From positions 7,750,001 through 7,814,000 of the forward strand of contig OZ281500.1 in NCBI GenBank assembly GCA_965637545.1: DNA of 64,000 nucleotides. The letters run 5' to 3'. The translations under genes were made by a program, and so were the position numbers. Positions 1 to 10,635 of the stretch are shown here, one piece after another; positions within the stretch are counted from its first letter, which is position 1; each line of letters begins with the position of its first letter. Under the pieces are notes generated by a model. The model had not been told where the DNA came from, made no database searches, and saw only the letters and a program-made list of their open reading frames with translations. Source of the DNA: Phallusia mammillata. Lineage: Eukaryota.

Positions 1-2753
1 CGATTTTTGTTTTCTTTCAACTTGAAAGAATTTTCTTCTTGTTTTATTTCTTCGAAAGCGGTAGTGAAGTTGACCTGCATATAAGCAACATCTTCATCTT
101 TGGTTTTTTGTTGGTTGACTTGCTTGGTGCTGTTTTCGTTAGTGGATTCCTTTGTACTGTTTAACAACGCACGTTCCTCTTTTACTGGTGTTTGAACGGT
201 TGTGGCCATTTGTTCACGTTGTGGGTCTAAAAAATAATTCCATTGTAAATAAAATGAATTTTTATCAGAATACGCTTACTGCTTACTTACATCTATTTTC
301 GTAATACGTCAAATTCAGTCCATCTGTTTTAGAATCCTTTTCACCTAAAGCCAAAAATACTAATTCAGTAAATATATATTATTTCGCGCTGTCAACGTAG
401 ACGCTTGATTCTACTTACAGTATTTGTTGACGTCAATGTTAAATAACTGGGGTCTGTATCTGACACTTGCTGCATGAAAACATTTTGCCGCTTCCTTGTC
501 GCAACTACAAATTTTGTCCTGATAGGGAGAGTTTTTGCCTGAAATAAAAAGAAAATGGTGAGCAGGCCTGTTACAATTTACATCCGGCAGTGAGACTAGA
601 TATTGATCGGATAAAGCAATAATGAACACCAAATTTCTCACATTGGAAAAGTTCCAATCGCATCGTCCGCAAAACGACTTTTGGAAGATAGCCCATATAT
701 TTTGAACCTTTCACCTCCTTTTTCATAATTTTTCGACATTTCAAGCAAGTTCAGGTTCTTAACCCATATTCTACGCATTTTGTTTATAGCTTACACGCAA
801 ATACGATGAGCTTGTGTTGCTTATACGCAAATGGACCGGCTACGGAAGGATGAACGTGTAACGTGTATGCTATAGAATCTGGTATTACCCATGCACCGCA
901 TGATAACCGCCTGTGAGATAATAAGCCCAAAAAGAATATTTTAGATCAGATAATATTGTTAGCTAACTAAAGCCCGTACCCCAGCCCGAATAGCCCTAAT
1001 TGTCAGCACATTTCCGCTAATTTTAATTTTCGGATTTTTGTTGATAAAACTGTCATGGGGTAACATGCGTTATCATACGCCGTTTAGTACAACAAAAAAT
1101 GCGTGTGGGTTGATTAGTGCAAAATTGACCTACCACAAACAACCTCGTCGTTAAGACAATCCACATTGTAAGATTTCAGAAGCGGTTGGCCGACAAGCCA
1201 TAGACTTTCCCACATTGTTTTTTCCACTTTAACGGCCTCGTCATAACAGCTATCATGCTGTTTGCAGCACCTGCAGGAAATATCAGTTAATGACTAATGG
1301 ATGACTCAAGCAAACACTGGATTTATGACTTAAATATGCGCAAAGGTTGTGTGTAATGTTACAAACCGGCACGCTTGTTAAAAACATGTTGGTTAATTGC
1401 TGTTTGTACGACACACGGTCCTCATTAAGTTAAACCACTATCAGTGTGAACCGTGTGCAAGTGTTAGTTAAACTGCATAAACAATTTTTTTAAGGTTTCT
1501 GTTTTTGTAACCCATTGTTCTTGATTCTTGAAGGTACTCATAAGTTTACGGTGTTTGTTACGTCATAGAATATAACTATTGGCCCAATTCCGGTGAAAAA
1601 CCATATCGTCTTTGCACAGTTTTACAAGACAAAAATGCGTGTAGGACAGCGGTTTCCAACCTTTCTGGTGCCGCGACCCTTTAAAAACAGTTCCCAAGTT
1701 GCGATGAACGCACGGATAAAATTAGTAGGCTATATATTAAATTTAACTTCTAAATATCGCAAAATTTATTTCTCACTATACTTTCTTTTCCTAATACTTG
1801 TCTTTCGATGCATCATTGATAGCCTGATTTTACAAATTAAATTTTAGTTTAAACAAGTTGACAGGTGCTGACTTGGCGATTATGATTACTATATAAATGC
1901 AGTATTATTACGTAAAACAAGGCAATAATTAGCATTTTGGAAAAACAATTAGGTCGTCGAAAATAAAAAATCCACCCCAGCTGTAGTTACTAGTTTACAT
2001 ACTAATTAATAAACAATGGCGGGAAGGAATGTTAAGCACAGTTCTTTTGTTTTTGATTTGTTAAATTAGTCTATGGCCTAAAATGAGTTGGGAGCCACTC
2101 CAGGCAAATTGTCAAGCGACCCAGTTGGGGTCGCGACCCACAGGTTGGGAACCCCTGGTGTAGGAGAAAGAAAATTCACCCCAATACGCAATTGAAAACT
2201 TTTTTACGGTTGGTTGTACTAATTTCACCCAACTGTATGTGTATACAAGTTTATGTTAGAAAGCAGTGAAGCACTCACTCGTCTGTTTCATCCAAAGCTT
2301 TTGCTGCATATCCTCGGTTTCCATTCACGCCACAATAACATCCGTAGTCGCCATATGTTCCAAGGATGTTAACACTTGGTTGGTAACAACGAATAGCCTG
2401 ATGAAAGTTAATTGCGCTTCTTCGTAGCCTTTTAACAGTATTTTGTTTGACTGTAACAAACCAACAGAAAATAGTTGAACATCTAACCTCATTAACAATT
2501 AATTAAGTGTGTTTATTTTTTTAAAAACCTATACTTAATCCAACAATCTGTTATATCTGCGACCACGCCTAGAGTTAAGCCTTATCTAGAAACTGCATGC
2601 ACATCTGACACCAGGACACTTAGGTCACCTTAAAACACATACACACAAACCTTCAGAGAGGTATTCCGTTGGACGTGCCACAGCCTCCACATACAGGTTT
2701 GTTGTTAGCACAGAATATACATAAGTTAAAACTAGAAACCGGTGACGCCACAT
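1..2753 (-). CDS. Secreted phospholipase A2 (group I/II/X fold) with propeptide and long C-terminal extension; 3'-partial, continues off the left edge
   Basis: Exons assembled by phase: 2753-2651, 2450-2279, 1270-1134, 538-419, 344-291, 226-<1. Translation: signal MWRHRFLVLTYVYSVLTT, furin-like RLRR, then SAINFHQAIRC..YGCYCG..DETDECCKQHDSCY..CSCDKEAAKCF..KYC. The catalytic His-Asp, Tyr52 and Asp99 equivalents are present. A GTAAGT donor at 418 continues the frame into EKDSKTDGLNLTYYENRYPQREQMATTVQ... Confidence 0.9.
1647..2157. mobile_element. Non-autonomous hAT (Charlie/Buster-like) MITE in a PLA2 intron
   Basis: Termini CAGCGGTTTCCAACCT / AGGTTGGGAACCCCTG; perfect 8-bp TSD GTGTAGGA at 1639-1646 and 2158-2165. 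Confidence 0.9.
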
Positions 2754-4241
2754 TTTTGACAACCTTAAAAGACCTATCGCTAGAACCGAATGTTCACAAC
2801 TGCCACCCAAAATGACGTGATTCCCTTCTTCGCCGGTTCGCCCATAGGAACTTGTGCAAAGCACGCGCTCACGCGATGCATCATCCTCATTGATTGGGAA
2901 AAAAGAGCGGTTACTATAGGTCATAGATGCACCTGTTCGGAATTTTCCCATAGAAAGGCGCCAAACAGTCAACTGTAAGTGCATGTGGCGCTTGGTTTTG
3001 TGTTATAAGACAAAACTCCTTTGTTCTCCATGACTAACAATATCTTGTTTGGCAGGATTACACGAGGTCAAACAATTGACAAGGTTATGACTTCTTAAAA
3101 TGATGTTTAATTATTGAAGATTTACTTTGAGTAAATCAATAAACTACACCGATTCGCAAATTTAGGCTAGATTGTAAAATTTGTGCCAAAATGACTGGGA
3201 CATTTTGAACTATTTTACTACATGCGATTTCGTGAACATCGTTGCAGGAAGGTACGCGAGGTTACTCCGTGTCAAAAAAGGCAGGCTTCCTATTCTATGT
3301 TGCTGGTGTTGGAGATGTCAGGCCAAATCCTATCGTTACGGTGGGCACACCTATAAACCGGTAAAATAAAAAGCATGTTGGGAAAAAATGTTGTTTTTCA
3401 CTACAAACGTTTTCAATTATACTTAAAGGGTGGGGCGACATAAGCAAAGTTTATTTAGTTTCTTTAGAAGCCCAAATGTTTTATCAGGAGTCTAGACATA
3501 TAATAGATCAAACATTAAATTCACAGTGTACTTTGTCACGTCGCAATATACAAGACATACTGCTTCGATTCTTTCTTCACAGTATCGTACAACATTGGTA
3601 AAAACGAGCAGGTATTTATTGCTCTTGGATGCATGGACTGCATATACTTCACTACATGTTCTGATTTAAAAGCTCAGACTGGTGGTAGTAAAACAGTGAT
3701 TCATATTTCATTTTTTGCTTAGTTGTTGCTTGTTGGATTAACCCAGTGGTTCTCGAAGTGTGCTCGAGAATATGGACGATTGTGGAACTGAATAAATTAT
3801 GAGGCCTTTAGAACAGTATATAGCGACAAGGTAAAATTGGTTACCGTATATGTCTTTTAAATCTGGGGTCACGTGACATACAAGCCCCAACACAACGCCA
3901 TTCTATCTTATTTAGTCAGATAGAGCTAATGTCCAATAGTAAAACAATATGGAATATTGAAGCCTTGAGCAAAATTCCTGACGGGTTTTATAAGTATCGT
4001 CGGTGACACACCAACTTGCATTGTAACGCGTTATGTATAGGCACATTTTTGGGACGATACGGTCTATTTTACATTAAGTTTGTTAGTTATACTAACACGC
4101 AAAAATCACCAAAAAGCCTTCAATTAATACATATAAGTTGTTTCGCATGCATCGTACATCAAAAACGCACAGAAAATAGTTAAAACGTATAAAGTTTGAT
4201 TCCCATAGGAAAAGATTTGTGACAACTACTGTAGATTAGGC

Positions 4242-4690
4242 CAGTGCTCTTCAACCTTTTTTGGCTTGGTGAACCCTTAAAGTTGTTGTGACGAACTCAT
4301 GCACCCTGTTTACTTAAAAAGGTTAACTGAGATGAAAGCGATATGAAAAATCATTATGCATATCATCATGTCAATCAAACCGAGCAGAGCTCGCAAAAAT
4401 TGCTTGAATTGCTACCAATACTCCAAGCATATGTTCGCGAAATTTCTGTAAAACACAGGGGAAAAAGCTTAAACTTGATATCCTAATGTCACTCGACTGT
4501 AACGCAGACACTATCAAACTTGGACACGGGGAAACCTTAAAAAAGTTTACCCTGGCTTACATAATTTGAAACCTACATCTTTTTTCTAATATCCTGACGG
4601 TCAAATATTAATGGTTCATTAAAAGTTTGTGATGCACCCTTGTATACCCCTTCGTACTGGTGCACCGTGCACACCGGTTGAAGAGCACTG
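4242..4690. mobile_element. hAT MITE (same family as 14993-16296)
   Basis: Perfect 15-bp TIR CAGTGCTCTTCAACC; perfect TSD GATTAGGC at 4234-4241 and 4691-4698. Confidence 0.92.
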
Positions 4691-5542
4691 GATTAGGCTG
4701 CTACATGTTAAAAATCCGGAAATAAGCAGTGTTTTTGAAATGTAAATATATGTGCAATGAGCGAAATTTTTTTACGCGTAAAAAGGCGATTGTTTGCGCA
4801 AGCCTAAAATTTTGTGTGTGGTGTAACAAACTAGCCGTGCGTGAAATTCCTGTGAAACTACGTGAAAGTAGTCCTTAAGCATGCATGCCGGCAGTTGATA
4901 TCGGTAAATAAACATTACCGATCCGATGCGGGTTGAACAGGCCGACGAGAAGGGTTTATGCACACACACTGTTGAGATAGACCGATAAGGTCTTTTAAGG
5001 CCAATACAATGCTTAAGACGAGACATTGTTGAGCCAAGCCAAAATTACGTAGTTACAAACGTTCCCTTTATCGTTCGATGACAAAAAGGCTGATGATCGG
5101 TATGGCGAATATCGTCGCCGACAATCGATCCGACCGATAATTAATCAGTATATCCCTAATACACTGTTACCGTTTTTGAAACGGACATACACAAAGTGTA
5201 TTATTTAACACTATTCCTATATTTGGCAAAGTTTTCCGAAACCCTGCTTGTTTTTGCAAGCAGAAACAGATGGGTCCCCAAAAAACATGCAAATATACAT
5301 TTTACTGAACAAAGTACAAAAATACATCCAACAATGGTTCAACCCACAAAAAATTATCCAAATAAAACATTGTTGAAAAATTTGCCCATTTTAGGAAGCT
5401 AGTGGAGTAATATGGTTGGGCTGAGACAAAACAGCAAATGACATGCCACAATGGAATAACTGTCCATATTTCATCGAATCAGGTAATGTTACAAAAAAGA
5501 CATATTTAATGGGGGACATGGACTCATTGTAATACTGGTTAG

Positions 5543-5970
5543 TAGTGATAGGACGATACCAGGTTTTGAAGCGAGTACCGATACCGAGTACCACATGTAT
5601 ATACCTTCGATACCGAGTACCGAGTATGAGTACCGAGTACTTAAGTACATTGTTGTACTTAGTTATAAATCACTGGCTAATTTATCTACCATAGTCGGGC
5701 TACAGGTGCACACACGCACATGCGGGAAAATGTAATCTCCACACGATAGCGAAAAAAATATACGTAACCGGGCGGAACTTTTTCCCGATTTTGTGTTGTC
5801 CAAAGCAAATTTGGCATAAAGTTGCCTGTGTTTTTATGTTGTAAACCGACCTTCGGTACTCGCATGTTGGTATCGAAAACTGGGACAAAATATTTCGATA
5901 CCGAGTACCGATACCACTGAAATCGTTCGATACCATCGATACCGAGTACCGGGTACCCGTCCCATCACTA
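5543..5970. mobile_element. hAT (Ac-like) MITE with GTACCGA/ATACCGAG subterminal repeats
   Basis: TIR TAGTGATRGGACG; perfect TSD CTGGTTAG at 5535-5542 and 5971-5978. Confidence 0.9.
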
Positions 5971-6624
5971 CTGGTTAGGTTATATGGTTAAACAACAATA
6001 GACACCATGCAATAATCCATTAACTGTCAAAGTTTTGTCCAACTTGGGACGTTGTTTCAAAACATTACCAATTTTAGGGAAAAGCCATACTTAATGACCC
6101 AACCTACAGCCAATAGAAGTTTTGCCCCAATTGACCACCCTGTAGAACATGACTAGTGTTTGGAATGGCAATAATAAAGGTTTGTGACATCATTTAGTGG
6201 TTGGTATCACCCAACTGCCTTCTGTAAAACCAACATTTACCTAAATTCCGCAATATGCAGCATACGTTTAGTTGCACTTTAAAACCATTGTGGTGGCTGG
6301 CAGCATGAAAAATGATTTACTTTTTGTGGGCCTATCGTAAATTGCAGACTTGACCTGCTCAGGAGGTGTTTTATAGCGAATGGATGTTTTAATTGTTAGT
6401 AAGGTTGGTGATTTTTTAAGGCACACAAAAGTGTTTGTAAAATTACTTGACAAGCTATTTTTCCAAAATAACCAAATGGTTAACATTAACACCATTGTGC
6501 ATTCAGTTAAAAAATACCCTACCAAATAGAGAGTTTAAATTTATTATTAACTTATCCACAACTTTGTGGTGGATGCTGACACATACTTACAAACTTCAAA
6601 ATAAAACAATCTGCAACATACATT

Positions 6625-6643
6625 AAAAAAAAAAAAAAAAAAA
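6625..6643 (+). repeat. A19 homopolymer (U-tract in the SPC24 3' UTR)
   Basis: 19 consecutive A just downstream of the SPC24 stop codon. Confidence 0.9.
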
Positions 6644-6654
6644 CAAGTGATTAT

Positions 6655-7379
6655 TCATTTTAAAAAGTTGTCACCTTCAGTCATAAGCTCCCATATTTCA
6701 GTACAAATAGTTTTAGCTGATTGTTGATGGGGGTTAAACTGAAACTTTTTGTGATGTTGAGAAGATTGAACAACAACACCCTTAATAGATTCATTAGATT
6801 GGTCAATGCAGTCAGACCACTTGATTTTTGTTATGTTTGTCAAAAGCTGGTCCATAAATTTTTCTCTGGGATTTTCGGCAATGAGTGTCCTAGCCAAGTC
6901 AATCAATGCATTATTTATTTGCTGAATTTCATCTTTCATGTTCATCTGCTTAGCTTGTTGTGATTTTAGTTGCTCATTCAGTTTTGCTATTTTTTCTTTT
7001 AGTTCTTCAACAGCTTTTTTAAGTTCATCTCTGTTTGCATTATATTCTGACTGTTGGTTCCAGAGTTGTTCCATTTCAGACGTTATTGTTCGTTCCAATT
7101 GTTGCAAATTTTTCCATCGTTCCACATATTCATCATGAGCCTTTTGGCAAACATTTCCGACAGCGGCTGTCTAAAAGTTTTTGTTGTTGTTACACAATCA
7201 CAATGAACTGTACTTTTTCGACATAGAATAACATTGTGCAAAGTTGCAAATCTTGTACATTTTGCACTTACTTGCATTTCAAGCTGGTCTTTTTGTGGCT
7301 GCAACCTTTTTAAGAATGATTTTTGTTTTTCGGAAACAATATCACATATTTCAATTTCAGCGCCATGGTTGAAATCCAT
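6655..7379 (-). CDS. SPC24: Kinetochore NDC80-complex subunit Spc24 (about 207 aa)
   Basis: Two exons, 7379-7272 (donor CAA|GTAAGT) and 7170-6655. Coiled coil followed by the RWD-like tail LLTNITKIKW..IKGVVV..F.F.P..S..IC..IW.L, resembling human SPC24 (LYHQVSKIEW..VKGIHH..ISDYLWSL) from memory. A splice acceptor lies 2 nt before the ATG. Confidence 0.8.
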
Positions 7380-8212
7380 TGCTGTTTTAAAAAGCATAAA
7401 TCACCTACTTCTAAAACACAAATATTCACAACTATATTAAATGCACAGAAATTCTCTTTTAAAAATAAAAACTTATATAAGATTGAGGTGAAGGAACTTC
7501 CTCAAATATGTAATAACAGCATAAAAAATATATAAAAAAAATACAGATTTAAAAATTCGACACTACAACACTTTGTATTTCACTATTCTCACATCTCACA
7601 AACTTGCAAATGCAAACCATCTACATACCTACTTATAAGTATAAATGAAGTACAAGCCCCATATAATGTATCCCTAGGGCCATTCAATGAACAAACAACC
7701 GCACTAAAACACTACAGAATTGTTTTTGTCATCGAATCGAATTTGTTGCTAAACAAGTGGTGATCGGTAAGCCTAAGGTTGGTTTTTGCTTTGGTCCATT
7801 TCGCAATTTGTTGATGCAATTTTGTTCCCCTTACCGCGCTAACCATAGAAATCATTTGCGATAGAGAGGTTTTCGTAAACTTCGCAGTTTCTACCAATGA
7901 TTTTACTTTTAAAATCACTATTTACTTTTAAAATCATTGGTTTCTACCATTTTGCGATGATTGTAAAAGTATGTATTGACCATATGTATCTTTTAGTAAG
8001 TTTTACACTTAACCTTTTGTCTCGTTTGGTATATTTCAAGCTTCATCATATGCGAAAAAATTTCAGCAAAATTTTGCCAGGTAAAAACGAAACAAATATG
8101 CTTTTTATAAAATAATTTTTAGTGGACAACAGGGACCTGAACTTGGACGAGTAGTCCAGGTCGCCTGATCCAAATACAGACTTTAAATATATTGATCCGG
8201 TTCGGTCCTAGG

Positions 8213-8357
8213 CAGTGGTGGGATTCAAATTTTTTTGTCAGCCGGTTCTATCACAAAAGTCATATTTTTTAGTCGGTTTTGTTGCAAAAAGTCCATTGAT
8301 AGAATTTCGTGAGACGGTTCTATAGAACCGGTGCGAACCGGCTGAATCCCACCACTG
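8213..8357. mobile_element. Short hAT MITE (same family as 43189-43365)
   Basis: TIR CAGTGGTGGGATTC; perfect TSD GTCCTAGG at 8205-8212 and 8358-8365. Confidence 0.92.
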
Positions 8358-8646
8358 GTCCTAGGGAACCCTTCTGCGGCATTGGCGCCGGTACGTGGGG
8401 TCAAGTGGGGGGCACTTGTCCCCTTGTAATTTCATTGTAGCCTACTTTAAAATTAAGGTATTGTGTCAAAAAAACTGACGAATAGGCTATTAGAAGTGAA
8501 GGAGAAAGTCCCCGAATAGGCCCTGCTGTTTTATTGCTTGTCCAACGGGAGGTTATAGCCTACGCTCTTGCCAAAGTTCTGCCCTGAGATCTACGTAACA
8601 AAAATAAAGCAGTGGTTTAGACATAGGCCTATGGTATCCTACCTAC

Positions 8647-8730
8647 ATATCAAGTGAATATTTTCAATGTTTCGGCAAGGTATCTGGCACTCCGGTATTT
8701 TGAAATCGCAGCCATTTTTCCTTTATAGCA
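8647..8730 (-). promoter_or_regulatory. Candidate SPC24 promoter / 5' non-coding exon
   Basis: AAAATGGCTGCG (YY1-like) motif, TTTGAA (CHR-like) at about 8699-8704 and a GTAGGT donor at about 8646, upstream of the SPC24 acceptor; inference only. Confidence 0.3.
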
Positions 8731-10567
8731 CAAGTGCCTATTTGCTATCGTTTCAGGGTTCACGAGACGGGAGTCACTATTGTCGCATCTGCCACCCCTA
8801 TTCCTCTGCGAGTAACTGTTGGAAACAACTACCGTGTGTTTTGTATGGTTTTTTATTCCGCCCACGTGTGTTTGATACAAAAACAACGGTGAATTGATAA
8901 AATCAGAAACCTCTAAAAATTGACGAGGTTTACCAGGCAAGGCGGAGAGTAGGGCGACAAACGGATGCAAGGAGTCCGGAATGGGCGTCGCGCACAGTTT
9001 TTGTACAAGGCAAGCGACAGAAGAACGCGATAACCAACTTATTACAAACGAACACCAAGCTTCAGGCGGTGCCACCAGGGTTGAATAGAAACGAAAGGAA
9101 AGCAGAAAGGAAAATCGCGAAACAAACGCTGCTGACAACAATGCATTGTCGGCAAAAGAACAACGCTTGTAACGCCTGAAAAAAAGAGAATTAATTTGCT
9201 AGCTACGAAAAGCATAATACTGATCGGTAAGTGGGCTTGTGGGCGCTGTTGCACTGCCAAGTCGTCGATTGTGGATCACAGTTGACAGTTGACAACGACT
9301 GACAGCTCGGTATTAAGAGTGTAAAAGGCGAGAAAAGGGGCTTTACACAGCGACACCCAGGTTATAAGCACGCGCCAATATACAAGACACCAAATACAAA
9401 GTTGAACACACTCTTTTGTTTCCATCTACACATATCGACTCCGTCAAGTATGACAAAAAAACGGCTGACCGCTGGCCGGCGATGGCTCGTCTGTACAGAG
9501 ACGCTCATTTACAAAGTTGTAGCCATCGCCCGATCTTAGATTTTGCCAACCGGCACCGTGCGGAGGCTGTGCAAAGCATTGGTATTCATGTCTAAGTATC
9601 TTTGTCTCGATAAAGCGGAAGTGGCTTGAAAATCAAGCGGTTTAGCGCGAAAACGGGAGAGGAAGGGCCTAATGCAAACAAACGGCGAAACCAACAACAT
9701 ATCCTCTGTTTGAAAAAGCCAAAAGCCACCACAAACACAGTAGGCAAAAACACTGGGTACCGGTGATTGTAGTGGTGTGCGGCAAGCAAAACTGGTGTAC
9801 CTCGTCTTGCCGCGAATGGCTACACAAGTTACAAAGAGGATATTACGCAGCGCTCGCTTTGGTTCATCCCGTCACGGTAACACGTAGCGACTGATGCAAT
9901 CGCTTGAAAAATCGTGCAAGTTCGTGACACAGCAGGCGCGCATGTGTAAACAGCCAAAGGGTTGCGACACCAATTATGTACAACTGGATGTCCTCTAAGC
10001 CTTACAGTACACAGGGACTCTATGTATATGCCCATGAATTAAAGACCCGCCGCGCCAGTGTAACACATAAAAACGGCGAAAATGGAAATGAAAAAGTCGC
10101 ACAATGACAACAGATGACAAAAGTAGACAAAATAAATTTCTAACTGCTAAAAGAACGAACGAAACAGCAAAACAACTGATACACGACAAACAAGCTTCAA
10201 AAATGGAAGGCTGTTGATACCCCAGATTTCATAGGAAAATTGAGGCTTACACCACAAACAATATTGAAAACAACTTAGGCTCAAAAAAGATCCAACTTTG
10301 CTTTAGTGTGTTTCAAAACAAAGCTGTCACCGAAATGCAATTGAACTGACAAAGGTAAACAGTTGAATTTTCCTACCACTTTTTTAATACTGCATTGTAA
10401 CATAGGAAATATCGGACCAGCCTTTTGGTGCTGTACCAATGCTTGTTTTGCGTGTAATAAGTGAAATAATGCCACAGACTATCCAAAAATAAACTTTCTC
10501 TGTGTCTATGACAATACAATTTACGAGACAAAGCAAGGTACAATAAATGATGGAAATATAGTATCTC

Positions 10568-10590
10568 TGATATATATATATATAGATATG
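10568..10590 (+). repeat. (AT)n microsatellite in the cyclin I 3' UTR
   Basis: GATATATATATATATAGATAT. Confidence 0.85.
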
Positions 10591-10635
10591 TATAAGCGAT
10601 ATATTATTTAGTAGGAAAGGTATTTGAGATTTTTG

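Noticed and set aside
1-411. Separate downstream gene starting MATTVQ (ATG 209), forming an operon with PLA2, with an ITIM-like VAYMQV
   Set aside because: A GTAAGT donor at 418 and two in-phase exons join this ORF to the PLA2 frame, so it is a secreted tail and the ITIM reading is moot
780-911. Possible cassette exon in a PLA2 intron
   Set aside because: In the required phase it stops after 8 codons, and the flanking exons join cleanly without it
3029-3362. Possible plus-strand gene divergent from PLA2 (MTNNILFGR..|EGTRGYSVSKK..)
   Set aside because: Only two short putative exons, no recognisable homology, no supported continuation
8650-9141. 163-aa ORF resembling a mitochondrial presequence protein
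   Set aside because: Starts at TTG, has no recognisable domain and lies in a low-complexity strand-biased region
8750-10200. Telomerase RNA or snRNA/snoRNA candidate
   Set aside because: No CTAACCCTAA template, U1/U2/U6 signature or paired C/D boxes seen by eye
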